Part shown: one piece after another, positions 40,614 through 50,563 of the stretch
Position numbering within the stretch: the first letter of the stretch is position 1
Layout: each line of letters opens with the position of its first letter
Origin: an uncultured Alphaproteobacteria bacterium
GTDB lineage: Bacteria > Pseudomonadota > Alphaproteobacteria > HIMB59 > GCA-002718135
DNA: 64,000 bases
Assembly (NCBI GenBank): GCA_902530685.1
Contig: CACAAZ010000001.1
Span: forward strand, 31,090 to 95,089
Direction of reading: 5' to 3'
Notes under the pieces: generated by a model
Database searches by the model: none
Told to the model about the DNA's origin: nothing
What the model saw: only the letters and a program-made list of their open reading frames with translations
Translations under genes and position numbers: made by a program

Positions 40614-41069
40614 ATGACAAGAAAACATCCTGATTACACTGAAGCACGTAATTATTACATAAAATGAGAGAGAAATGAGTACCCTACTCTTCAAGATATC
40701 GCTACAGAATTCAATTATTCTTTATCTACATTAAGAAAACAAGCAGCAAATGAAGGCTGGCTTTCAAAAAGAAAAGAAAGAATTGATCTTAAAGAAACAA
40801 TTAAAATGAGAAAAGAATTTATGGGAAAAGCTTCTAAACTTACCAATGTTTCTTTTAATGCAATTAGTGCTGCAGAATATATCATTACTAAAATTCAAGA
40901 AGAGCAAAAGCAAATTGAATTAGGACATAAAAGTTTTGATGTTCACATTGCTACTAAGCAAATTTGGGCTTTAAATAATGCAATGAAACTTGTTGAAAGA
41001 GGTCAACAAACACTTGATGAGATCGAAAATGGACATATGTCCCCTCTTGATGATTTATCTTTCTTATAA
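40614..41069 (+). pseudogene. Phage-type HTH / small-terminase-like gene interrupted by an in-frame TGA
   Basis: ATG at 40614 gives MTRKHPDYTEARNYYIK, then TGA (40665-40667). The same frame continues ERNEYPTLQDIATEFNYSLSTLRKQAANEGWLSKRKE... into the ORF-track ORF at 40806-41069. Confidence 0.55.
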
Positions 41070-41091
41070 AAAAATAGGTAAAAAGAAATAA

Positions 41092-41796
41092 TTAACGAGC
41101 TTCAACCAAACCTGGAACTTCAATTAAGATGATTTCTGTATCAGGATGACATTCAAGTGATATTTCTTCTTCATTTTTTATGGCTATACCATCTCCTTTT
41201 GAAGCTTCAATATCGCCAATCTTAATATTTCCTTTAGAAACAAGAAGATATCCTTGTCCTTTAATAAGATGCTTAAGTGTTGTGTTATCTTTAAACATAC
41301 CAGTGTATATTCTTGCATCTTGATGAATTTGAAGCGGCGCATCATTATTTCCAGATACTAATAATTTTAGTTTATCTGTTGTAGAGGTAGTTGGAAATTC
41401 TGCACTTCCCCATTTTGGCTCAATATCTCTTGATTTAGGTATGATCCAAATTTGAAAGATATTCGTCTCTTCATCCTCGTGATTAAATTCAGAATGCATA
41501 ATTCCTGTTCCAGCACTCATTACTTGAACATTACCTGCAGTAGTTCTCCCTTTATTACCTTGACTATCTTCATGACTAATAGCCCCTTTTCGAACAAAAG
41601 TTATTATTTCCATATTGTCATGCGGGTGCTTTCCAAAACCTGTATTAGGAGCAATTCTATCGTCATTAATTACTAATAATTCTCCAAAACCCATTTTTTT
41701 AGGATCGTAATAATTAGCAAAACTAAAATGATGTTTGGCATTAAGCCAACCGTGATTGGCACCACCAAGAGTATCAAATGGATAATGTGTAATCAT
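41092..41796 (-). CDS. Pirin-family bicupin protein
   Basis: GF..HPH...E..T.V..G...H.DS.G pattern (GFGKHPHDNMEIITFVRKGAISHEDSQGN). Confidence 0.85.
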   Translation of the reverse strand: MITHYPFDTLGGANHGWLNAKHHFSFANYYDPKKMGFGELLVINDDRIAPNTGFGKHPHDNMEIITFVRKGAISHEDSQGNKGRTTAGNVQVMSAGTGIMHSEFNHEDEETNIFQIWIIPKSRDIEPKWGSAEFPTTSTTDKLKLLVSGNNDAPLQIHQDARIYTGMFKDNTTLKHLIKGQGYLLVSKGNIKIGDIEASKGDGIAIKNEEEISLECHPDTEIILIEVPGLVEAR

Positions 41797-41951
41797 GGCT
41801 CTTAGTTAGTGATCAATTTTTTATAATCAAGAATATCAAATGATCAACGAAAAATTTTATAAAATTTTCTAATCATCAGATTAGTCAAACCAGATCATGT
41901 GAGTTGCTAATTTTAATTGATTTTACAATTACTCTAGCTAAATAAAAACGT

Positions 41952-42560
41952 ATGAAAGAAACTTACTACAAACCTTTTGGGCCAACAATTGGTAAATATA
42001 ATTTATCACATACAATGATTGGTAAAGTTAATTCTTTTGCAAATAAGATAATTGAAAATAAACACAAAAGTAAAGTGTTGGATCACTCACATAGATTAGT
42101 GGGAAATGTTCAACAACAATTTCGCTTAACAAAAGATTTTCTTTTTACTAGCGGTTTAGAAAAACAACTTAACCGCATTATTGAATCTTATTACAAAAAC
42201 GTCATTCAAGTTAAGCCCTCCTCCATTAAAATTGATCGCGCGTGGATTGTTAGACAATTTGCTGGTGATTTTAACCCACCACATATTCATAGAGGGAATG
42301 TTAGTGGAGTTTGTTATCTTGAAGTTCCAAATTCTATTAAATATAACAAAGAGATTGCTTTTGCTGGAAGACTTTCTTTTTTTGATGGTCGTGTCTCCAT
42401 GCCACGCAATAGTCCTCCTTTGGTAAAGCATCGTATTACCTTTAAACCTCGTGTCGGTGATATGTATATATTTCCTGCTTTTTTAATGCATGATGTTCAT
42501 CCTTTTCGTAAAGATGGCGAGCGAAGATGTTTTTCTTTTAATGCATTTGTAAAAACTTAA
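41952..42560 (+). CDS. 2OG-Fe(II) oxygenase superfamily protein (TIGR02466-like)
   Basis: PPHIHRGNVSGVCYLEVP ... GDMYIFPAFLMHDVHPF ... RRCFSFN match the family hallmarks. Confidence 0.7.
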   Translation: MKETYYKPFGPTIGKYNLSHTMIGKVNSFANKIIENKHKSKVLDHSHRLVGNVQQQFRLTKDFLFTSGLEKQLNRIIESYYKNVIQVKPSSIKIDRAWIVRQFAGDFNPPHIHRGNVSGVCYLEVPNSIKYNKEIAFAGRLSFFDGRVSMPRNSPPLVKHRITFKPRVGDMYIFPAFLMHDVHPFRKDGERRCFSFNAFVKT

Positions 42561-42770
42561 AATTTATTTTGTAGTAGCAAATTATTTTTGGTAGGTAATA
42601 AAAGAAGGAATTTCTTTCATTACGATTATCCCACCACCAACTAAGGAGATTGTTAATGGACTCTGCTATATAAATATTTCATGTCTATAATGCATCCAAA
42701 GCATTTATCTAAGAGTAAAAAATATGTAACAAAAGAGTGTTATGGTTATTAAAATAAGAAAGGAAAAATT

Positions 42771-43139
42771 ATGGACTCAAAAGCAATAGTACAAAAAGGT
42801 TATGATCTATTTGGAAAAGGTGACATGGAAGGTTTCATGGATTTAGTACATGATGATTTTATTTGGATATATCCAGGTGATAAACATCCATTTTCAGGAA
42901 CTCATAATAAAGAGGGTTTTCAACAACAATTAATGAAAACTCCTGAACTCTGGACCAATTTTCAAGTTACTATAGAATCAATGATCAGCGAAGGTGATAA
43001 AGTTTTTATAAATGCAAAAGCAACTGCTGAAGGCATGGATACAATTTTTGGACACTACATGGAAGTAAAAGATGATAAGTTGTCAAAGTTTATCGCTTAT
43101 GATGATACTTTAAGTATGTTTAATGCAATGAAAAAATAG
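42771..43139 (+). CDS. SnoaL/NTF2-like fold protein
   Basis: 122 aa. VQKGYDLFGKGDMEGFMDLVHDDFIW is a typical SnoaL-like N-terminus. Confidence 0.65.
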   Translation: MDSKAIVQKGYDLFGKGDMEGFMDLVHDDFIWIYPGDKHPFSGTHNKEGFQQQLMKTPELWTNFQVTIESMISEGDKVFINAKATAEGMDTIFGHYMEVKDDKLSKFIAYDDTLSMFNAMKK

Positions 43140-43227
43140 ATTTTATAAAAATTTCATTAGAAGGGATTAACTCCCCTCAAATTTTTTAAAAGAATACAAA
43201 TTTCAATTGTAAGAAAGGAGTTTAATT

Positions 43228-43503
43228 ATGAAAATTATATCACACGCAAAATTAACTAAAGGTTATGAGCATTGGAAACAAGCATTTGATGAAAACGAAA
43301 GTTTAAGACAAGAATATGGGGTTACTGTATTAGCTTACGGACATCCCAAAGATAAAAAAGATGAAATTTATACTGTTCTTCAGGTTGAGTCTATGGAGCG
43401 AATGCAAGAAATGTTGAATTTACCATCAATGGTAAAATTAAGAACAGAGGCAGGAGTAGACCTTGAAACTCAAACATTCATTATGTTAGAAGGTGGAAAT
43501 TAA
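43228..43503 (+). CDS. Small hypothetical protein (possible alpha+beta barrel)
   Basis: 91-aa ORF with SD AAGGAG upstream. No confident family. Confidence 0.4.
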   Translation: MKIISHAKLTKGYEHWKQAFDENESLRQEYGVTVLAYGHPKDKKDEIYTVLQVESMERMQEMLNLPSMVKLRTEAGVDLETQTFIMLEGGN

Positions 43504-43512
43504 TATTGTAAT

Positions 43513-43902
43513 ATGTCTAATCCTTTTATTTTAATAGCTAGAATAAGAGTAAAAGAAGGTAAGGTTGATGAGTATCTTAAGATAGCAAAAGAAGCTGATG
43601 ACGCCGTTAATGCATCAGAACCAGATATGTTGATCCATACTTTTGATCAAGATCCAACAGATCCATTAGAATTTACCTGGAGTGAAGTCTACCGTACCAG
43701 TGAAGCGATGGTTCATCACATTAATAACCCTCCTGTTGTAGCTTATGTAGAAAAACATCAAGAAATAGCAGATAAATTTGAAATAGAAGTTTACGGTAAT
43801 ATTACGGATGAAACTATTAAAGCAATTGAAGATCTTAATGTTCCCTTCAGACACTTTAAAACAACTAAAGTTGGCTATATTAGAAAGGAAAAATTCACAT
43901 GA
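43513..43902 (+). CDS. Antibiotic-biosynthesis-monooxygenase (ABM)-like protein
   Basis: IARIRVKEGKVDEYL......A...EP..L.H......P..F...EVY.. is an ABM-like pattern. Confidence 0.55.
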   Translation: MSNPFILIARIRVKEGKVDEYLKIAKEADDAVNASEPDMLIHTFDQDPTDPLEFTWSEVYRTSEAMVHHINNPPVVAYVEKHQEIADKFEIEVYGNITDETIKAIEDLNVPFRHFKTTKVGYIRKEKFT

Positions 43903-44900
43903 AATATATTCTAATTTTTTTACTAATTGTATCTATACCCTCTTTGTCTTTTGGAAATAAATTCGAAGATAAAATGAAAAAAAAAGAAAAGAAAAATTAT
44001 GATCAATATGTTCTAAGAGGTGAATTAGAAGGCAATATGGTTTTCACAATAAGAAATATCAAAGAAAAAAAGGGGTTAGTTAGTTTTTTTGATGAATTTG
44101 AAGATAGATTTGGTGTCAAAGAAAAAGGTGTAGAATTTAATATTAAATATTCAGATGAAGGTCATAAATTGGATTGGGAAAGATGGGGTAATCCCGGGCA
44201 CGCTCAACGCTTTCAGATAATGGAACCACTTAAAAAAGTTGCCAAAAAAAACCAAACTAAATGGTACCGCGTAGAATATTTTTTAGATGGAAAATATTTT
44301 AGCAAGAAACATAATCTAAGTATTTTTGATTTTAAGCCTATTAAAGGTAAATCAGAAGTAGGAGTAGGCCCAACTTTTAATTATTCAAATAATAGGTTTT
44401 CATGGACATTTAATTCAGAAAAATTTTTTACAGATAATAATGAAACTGGTCGACAGAATTATTACAATACCTTTTCTCTTGATCTTAACCAAAATGAAAT
44501 TTCCTTAAAAGGGAAGTGGGTTAATTTAATAATAAATGCTAAGTGGGCAGATGATGGCTTCTTGCATTTATGGATTGATGGGAAACTGGTATCAAGTTAC
44601 TATGGTCAAACTTTGGCAGGCGCAGATAAAATTCGTATAAAGTTTGGTCCTTATCGAAACTATATGGATGATGCTACGTCAGAAAATATAGATATCCCTG
44701 ATCTAAATGTGAAATATGCAAATATTGGAAAATCTAATAAATGTGATGACCTTTGGTCTGGATGTGATGAACTGACAGATCAGTTATTGAATAATTCTCA
44801 AGCACATTTTGCTCATGCTATAATCTTATGTGAAACCGCACCTAATAAAGATACGAAATGTAGAAATTCTGGTTGGCCTCAAAAAAATATTCCTTTTTAA
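43899..44900 (+). CDS. Secreted protein, polysaccharide-lyase/concanavalin-like fold (tentative)
   Basis: Signal peptide. W.NL...AKW..DGFLHLWIDGKLV.....IRIKFGPYR resembles heparin-lyase-I-like Polysacc_lyase proteins. Low certainty. Confidence 0.4.
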   Translation: MKYILIFLLIVSIPSLSFGNKFEDKMKKKEKKNYDQYVLRGELEGNMVFTIRNIKEKKGLVSFFDEFEDRFGVKEKGVEFNIKYSDEGHKLDWERWGNPGHAQRFQIMEPLKKVAKKNQTKWYRVEYFLDGKYFSKKHNLSIFDFKPIKGKSEVGVGPTFNYSNNRFSWTFNSEKFFTDNNETGRQNYYNTFSLDLNQNEISLKGKWVNLIINAKWADDGFLHLWIDGKLVSSYYGQTLAGADKIRIKFGPYRNYMDDATSENIDIPDLNVKYANIGKSNKCDDLWSGCDELTDQLLNNSQAHFAHAIILCETAPNKDTKCRNSGWPQKNIPF

Positions 44901-45318
44901 TTAAATTAAAAATGTTTTTAAAATTAATTTACTTATTAGAAAGTTAATATTGATTTTTTAAAAGTATAAAGTTAATATAAATTCTTTTTTAGCTTCCTCA
45001 ATTAAGAATTTTTCTAATTTAGATAATTCCTTTCTAGAAGTTATTTTATAAAAATCTTCCTTCCATGGTAAATGATCAGTTTTTATATAGACCCAATTTT
45101 CTATTTTTGTTTCATCTTCATTAAATTTTTTAGCTATCTTTTTTACTATAAAACTTAAATAATATTTTTTAACTTTTTCTTGCTCGTCGGATAATCTATT
45201 ATTAACTTTAATTATCTCTCTTAATTCTTCATCTGTATACTTAACTTCTTTATCAAGTTCATAATTTAAATTTAATTTTTTAAATTTTTGGAATATTTTA
45301 TGTTATCAAATTTTATTT

Positions 45319-46488
45319 TTATAGAAGTTTTAATTGAAAATTATTATTTTTTATTTCTTTATTTAAGTGTTTTTTTATAAGAATTTCATTGATTTGTTCA
45401 CCAATACATTTAGCTAAAATGGGTGGTACAGCATTACCTATTTGAATGCCAATTGATCCTCTAGATCCATAAAATATAAAATCATCATCAAAGGATTGAA
45501 GTCTTGCAGCCTCTCTTGCTGTTATTGCTCTGTTTTGAAGAGGGTGCACTACCCTGCCAACTGATGGTGTATCAAACCTTGTTGTTATAGTATAGCTTTG
45601 TTTGTTTAACTCCATTCTACCAAATGAACCACTATGAATAGATTTTGTCCTTAAATTTTTTGGTAAATCATTTCTGCCTTGACCAGGTTTTATCATTTCT
45701 AATAATTTAATAATTCTTTCGTCATGACTGCTTGCAATATGGTTATATAGAATATTACTTTTTTTTCTTCTTGCTTTTTGATACTCACTTATGGGTTTTT
45801 TTGTGTATTGAGTTTCAAACTCACCTTCCCCATTATTTAAAACAGGTAAATCCATAATTGCATCACTTATTGAAACATAAGAATTTTTATATGTTGTTAT
45901 TTTTTTTGGATAAAAAAGATCAGGATTAATTTTTAAATTATTACCTATAAAGAAAGCTCTTTTTCTTTGTTGAGGTACTCCATAATCAGATGCTTTTAAT
46001 ACCTTAACCTTCAAATCATAGCCAATACTATTAAATAAGTTAAAAATTTCATTTTTAATTTTACCATTTTCTAAATTTAAAATCCCTTGCACATTTTCAA
46101 TTACAAAAACTTTTGGGTTAAGGTTTTTAACAATTTTATAAAATTGATAAAATAATTGATTTCTATCATCATCGATAAATTTACCATTACCTCTAATCCT
46201 TCTTCCAGACATGCTAAAACCTTGGCAAGGAGGCCCACCAATTATGATATCAATTTTTTTGTTTTGTGATAATTTTTTAATATCAATATTAATAATATCT
46301 TGAGAAAACATCTTAACATTTGGGTGATTTTTTGTGTAGGTATTTGCTATACTTTTATTAAACTCAACAGCAGAAACAATATTAAAACCAGCTTGTTCAA
46401 AACCTTTTGAAAAACCACCTACTCCGGAAAAGAGATCAATAACATTAAATATCTTTTTTTTGCCAGCCATATATATTTTTTGAACCAA
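45319..46488 (-). CDS. DNA (cytosine-5) methyltransferase
   Basis: Complete motif set: I DLFSGVGG (aa 18-25), IV GGPPCQGFS (84-92), VI ENV, VIII QQRKRAFF, IX RAITAREAARLQSFDD, X GNAVPP. The start may be the ATG at 46470. Overlaps the upstream MTase. Confidence 0.9.
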   Translation of the reverse strand: MVQKIYMAGKKKIFNVIDLFSGVGGFSKGFEQAGFNIVSAVEFNKSIANTYTKNHPNVKMFSQDIINIDIKKLSQNKKIDIIIGGPPCQGFSMSGRRIRGNGKFIDDDRNQLFYQFYKIVKNLNPKVFVIENVQGILNLENGKIKNEIFNLFNSIGYDLKVKVLKASDYGVPQQRKRAFFIGNNLKINPDLFYPKKITTYKNSYVSISDAIMDLPVLNNGEGEFETQYTKKPISEYQKARRKKSNILYNHIASSHDERIIKLLEMIKPGQGRNDLPKNLRTKSIHSGSFGRMELNKQSYTITTRFDTPSVGRVVHPLQNRAITAREAARLQSFDDDFIFYGSRGSIGIQIGNAVPPILAKCIGEQINEILIKKHLNKEIKNNNFQLKLL

Positions 46489-48049
46489 TTAATATTTTTT
46501 TGTAATTAAAAGCAGTTGATAAAAATTTATCAAGATTGTTAATACAAAAATAATTATATTTATAAAAACTTTTACTGACAATAAAAGGTATAATTATTTC
46601 ATATAATTTATCAGGAGTTAAAATATTATTATTTTTTTCAATTAAATTAGTTACATTTTTAATTAATAATTTTTCTAACTTTTCTTCAGATAGATTATTT
46701 TTATGGATTTTGATTTGGTTATTTTTAGTCTCTTTTCTAAAATTATAAATAAAATCACCATAAAATGTATTTTTGTAATTAAGACCTTGTGTGCCTGATT
46801 TAACTGCTTGTGATTGATAATTAATATTAATCAATTTAAATCCAGAATTAAGAGCGGCATTTATCACTGCTCTCCATATATTCATATCTCTATTATGAAA
46901 AGAAAAAGAAAAATACTTTTTGTTTTTTAATACTCTATAGATTTCTTTAAATGTACTGGTCATTCTTAACTCGTAATCTTCATATAGTTTTTTTCTATAA
47001 GGATCATAAATTATCTCACTTTTGTATTTAACTTTTTTTTGCAACCAAGAATTCCAAAACATACTTAAGCCTAAATATGCAATACTTTCACCATAAGGAG
47101 GGTCAGTAAAAACATAATCTATTGATTGGTTTTTGAGAAAATTCATTTTTTCAGAAGTTTTATTAAAAATTTTAGCATTTTTTGAGTTGAGATTTAACTC
47201 TTCTTTACCTTCTTTCATTTTTTTGAATCTATTTTCAAATGTAATAAATATATTTTTTTCAGTATGGATTTTAGGAACCCATAGTTTACTTACTACCCAC
47301 CCCGATCTACCACGAATATTTTTTTCATTTCCGGGTATCATTTTGGATACAGATGATAACATTGAAGAAAAACACAACATCAAACAATCTCTGTATTTGG
47401 TATTTTTTATTAGTAAAATCTTTTTATAAATACTACCGAGTATTAATAATGCTCTTTCAGAATAGAGTTGATCTATATTAGTTTTTCCACTCCTTTTAAC
47501 ATATTGCAATATTAAATCTTTTGGGTAAAAAATTTTATTTTCTTTACTTAATTTAAATAATTTTCTTTTTGCTTGGTTAAATAACTTAATATCTTCATCA
47601 TTAGCTTTTCTATTGGTTTCACCACATTTTTTACATTTCACTTTTATAAGTTTCAATTTTTCTTGTTCCCATATTGAATTAATTAACTCACCACTATTTT
47701 TACAATTAATACAAGATGATTTATAATATTTAGAATATTCTAATTGTGTTGTTGTAAGGATTTCATAAAATATTTTTTCTAGCCTATTTAAATTTATATT
47801 CTCTATTGTAATTTTTGTCAGTAAACATGAAATTGGATTTATATCAACACCAACTGCATTTCTTGATTCTTTTAGAGATTCTATTATAACAACACCACTA
47901 CCTAGAAATGGATCTAATACCGTGTCACCTTTTTTTGAGTAAGCTTTAATGTATTCATTGACTACATTGTGTGGCTTTCTACCCCAATATCTATGAAGTA
48001 AATAATGTTTTGGATGACTTTTTGGTTCAATATTTTTAGAAATTTTCAA
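46445..48049 (-). CDS. N6-adenine/N4-cytosine DNA methyltransferase with internal Zn-ribbon
   Basis: SAM motif HRYWGRKPHN...VLDPFLGSG (aa 46-52) at the N-terminus. Catalytic DPPYG at aa 316-320. CINC...CKKC (C113, C116, C139, C142) lies between them. Confidence 0.85.
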   Translation of the reverse strand: MKISKNIEPKSHPKHYLLHRYWGRKPHNVVNEYIKAYSKKGDTVLDPFLGSGVVIIESLKESRNAVGVDINPISCLLTKITIENINLNRLEKIFYEILTTTQLEYSKYYKSSCINCKNSGELINSIWEQEKLKLIKVKCKKCGETNRKANDEDIKLFNQAKRKLFKLSKENKIFYPKDLILQYVKRSGKTNIDQLYSERALLILGSIYKKILLIKNTKYRDCLMLCFSSMLSSVSKMIPGNEKNIRGRSGWVVSKLWVPKIHTEKNIFITFENRFKKMKEGKEELNLNSKNAKIFNKTSEKMNFLKNQSIDYVFTDPPYGESIAYLGLSMFWNSWLQKKVKYKSEIIYDPYRKKLYEDYELRMTSTFKEIYRVLKNKKYFSFSFHNRDMNIWRAVINAALNSGFKLININYQSQAVKSGTQGLNYKNTFYGDFIYNFRKETKNNQIKIHKNNLSEEKLEKLLIKNVTNLIEKNNNILTPDKLYEIIIPFIVSKSFYKYNYFCINNLDKFLSTAFNYKKILIGSKNIYGWQKKDI

Positions 48050-48052
48050 ATT

Positions 48053-50563
48053 TTATCTCCAGTGTAAATCATTAGATTGGAGATAATTTAAATATTTTGA
48101 TTTATTATGTTTATCAAATAAAATTATTGATTTGGTTTTTAATAAATTTTCAAATTTATTTATTCTATTATTAACTATATCAATTTTTTCATCAGGTATT
48201 TTTATATAAGTATTGTTTATTTTTAAATGATTAGAATATTTGAATATTTCTGGAATTCTATCATCAAGACCTTGAGATGCAGATGGTGTTTTTTCTTTCA
48301 AAAGTCTTCTGAGATCGTGAATATTCTCTTCTTCACGAAAATTTATTATTAATCTATATGCGCTATCCCAATCATTATAATTTTTTAGAAAAATAATAAA
48401 AAATCGCCATTCTTCTAATGATACCGTGTATGATCCCGTTGTTTTTCCTATTTCTAGAATTATTTTATACAACGTCATAATAAAATAATTTTTAAAATCT
48501 GTAAAAAAAACCCTTGTATCTTTCGCCTTTCTTATATCTGTATCTCTTCCTATTCCTCCAAAATAAAATAATTTTTCTATTTGATCGGTAATGATATTAT
48601 TAATAACTCTTAAATTAGTTAAGCTTGAATCCCTTAAGTAAATTTTTTCAAATACTTTTGTTACAACCCATTTATTGTGTTTTTCCTCTTTTAGTAATCC
48701 TAAAATTTTTGATAAAAAAAGACCTCTTCTTCCAGCTGTGAATTCTTCTGTGTATTTTTTAATTTCTATTTTAAATTCTCCATCTTTTATATCAGGTTTT
48801 TCATATAATATTTTGCAACCTAGTAATTGATCTAATATATTCTTATTTTGTTTTTGTATTTTACAAAAAGCTTGATTTTTTGTTTTTACTTCTATTGCTT
48901 TTGCATATTGTATCCATTCATCTGAAATTTTTTCAATTCTAACTCTTTGACTTAGTAACGCATCAGATCTATTAAAGAATTCTTGTAATCTTTTTGTAAA
49001 ATGAACTTCACAATTATTATTATCAAAATAATAGGTATCTTTTATTTTTTTATCTTTAATACCTAATGATTTTCTTAATTGATCTGCTCTGTATTGATTT
49101 TCACCAATAAAATCTAACACTATGACTGACTCTTTTCTTGGAGATATTCTTAACCCTCTTCCTAATTGTTGAGTAAATATAACTTCTGATTCAGTAGGTC
49201 TTAAAAATAATAAGCATTCTACATCTGGAAAATCTATACCTTCATTAAATACATCTTTGCAGAAAATAATTTCATAATCGTTATTTCTAAACCCCTCGGT
49301 AAATTCTGCTCTATCCTCAGCACTCAACTGACTAACATCGCTATGAATTGCCTTAGTTTTAAAACCATTCTTATTAAATACATTTGATATGTGTTCCGCA
49401 TATTCAATACTTGGACAAAAACCAATGGTTTTCTTTCCTAAAGCATGGTATTTATATTCCTTAACTATAGCCTTATCTCTTTTTTCAACTATTAAAAGCT
49501 TATTAAGGTCGTCTTCATCATACCTAAAACCGTTATGGTAAATTTTTGAGTAATCAATATCATCATCAAGCGTAATATATTTAAATGATACTAACCATCC
49601 CTTATCCATTGCTTCATGAACTCCAACATCATCAATGACGTTATCATCATAAACTGTTTGAACATTAGTCCCATCAGTTCTTACTGGAGTTCCAGTTACA
49701 CCAAGTAAAAAGCTAGGTTTAAAATAATTTAATATTTTTTGATAACTTTTTGCAGTTACATGATGGGTTTCATCAAAAATGATATAATCAAAATGATTTT
49801 TATCAAAAATTTCTAAATTTTTTGTTTTTGACAAAGTTTGCACTGATGCAAAAATTACTTGTTTATAAAAAATGCCTTTTGTTTTCTCTTTGCCATAATA
49901 AAAACCTTTTGAACTCTGTGGCCAAACATCATCGAATGCATTTTTATTTTGTTCAAGAACATCATTTAAATGAACTATAAATAATGTTTTTTTATTATAA
50001 CGTTTGGCATCAAAAGCAGTTAAGTATGTTTTTCCTAAACCAGTTGCGTGAATAATAATTCCTTTTTTGTTTCCTTTTGCTCTAGATTTTTCAATTTTAT
50101 CTAACGCAATCCTTTGTGGCTCATAAGGAGTTATTTTTTTATCAGTATATTTGTTCAGAGCATAAACATTTAATTCCTCATCTGCTATGAATAATCTCTT
50201 TAACTGATCAATACACTTATGTGGTTTTTGTTTAATATCATCTAGAGGTACTCTATGAATTGTATAACCTTTTCTTGATAATACATTTTGTCTATCATTT
50301 TGATCAATCAATTGTTCTGGACTTAAAACTCCATGAGTTCCGTAATCATCTATTTCGATAGCATATTTTTTTAATTTAGTTTTTATTGTGAAATCGATAA
50401 AATTATTTTTTCCACTATCTCTTTCGAAGGGAGTTTCTGGATTGATTAAGTTTAATCCATATTCTTTTAAATATGGATAATAGACATTTCTTATAAACAT
50501 TTCAGATCCATAGGTAAGTTTTCTACCTCTATACTTTGCATTTAGAAAAAAATTTAAATCCAT
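48053..50563 (-). CDS. Nuclease-helicase fusion: Vsr/DUF559-like N-domain + SF2 (ResIII/DEAH) helicase + unknown ~330-aa C-domain
   Basis: aa 50-110 FIDF...YAIEIDDYGTHG...DRQNVLSRKGYTIHRV (PD-(D/E)XK-like). Walker A ATGLGKT (173-179), DETH (264-267), TGTP (290-293), QQLGRGLR (465-472). aa ~500-836 unrecognised. Confidence 0.85.
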   Translation of the reverse strand: MDLNFFLNAKYRGRKLTYGSEMFIRNVYYPYLKEYGLNLINPETPFERDSGKNNFIDFTIKTKLKKYAIEIDDYGTHGVLSPEQLIDQNDRQNVLSRKGYTIHRVPLDDIKQKPHKCIDQLKRLFIADEELNVYALNKYTDKKITPYEPQRIALDKIEKSRAKGNKKGIIIHATGLGKTYLTAFDAKRYNKKTLFIVHLNDVLEQNKNAFDDVWPQSSKGFYYGKEKTKGIFYKQVIFASVQTLSKTKNLEIFDKNHFDYIIFDETHHVTAKSYQKILNYFKPSFLLGVTGTPVRTDGTNVQTVYDDNVIDDVGVHEAMDKGWLVSFKYITLDDDIDYSKIYHNGFRYDEDDLNKLLIVEKRDKAIVKEYKYHALGKKTIGFCPSIEYAEHISNVFNKNGFKTKAIHSDVSQLSAEDRAEFTEGFRNNDYEIIFCKDVFNEGIDFPDVECLLFLRPTESEVIFTQQLGRGLRISPRKESVIVLDFIGENQYRADQLRKSLGIKDKKIKDTYYFDNNNCEVHFTKRLQEFFNRSDALLSQRVRIEKISDEWIQYAKAIEVKTKNQAFCKIQKQNKNILDQLLGCKILYEKPDIKDGEFKIEIKKYTEEFTAGRRGLFLSKILGLLKEEKHNKWVVTKVFEKIYLRDSSLTNLRVINNIITDQIEKLFYFGGIGRDTDIRKAKDTRVFFTDFKNYFIMTLYKIILEIGKTTGSYTVSLEEWRFFIIFLKNYNDWDSAYRLIINFREEENIHDLRRLLKEKTPSASQGLDDRIPEIFKYSNHLKINNTYIKIPDEKIDIVNNRINKFENLLKTKSIILFDKHNKSKYLNYLQSNDLHWR

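Noticed and set aside
40665-40667. The in-frame TGA as selenocysteine or programmed read-through.
   Set aside because: There is no SECIS-like hairpin evident just downstream, no selenoprotein context, and the gene is in a decaying mobile element. A nonsense mutation is the economical explanation.
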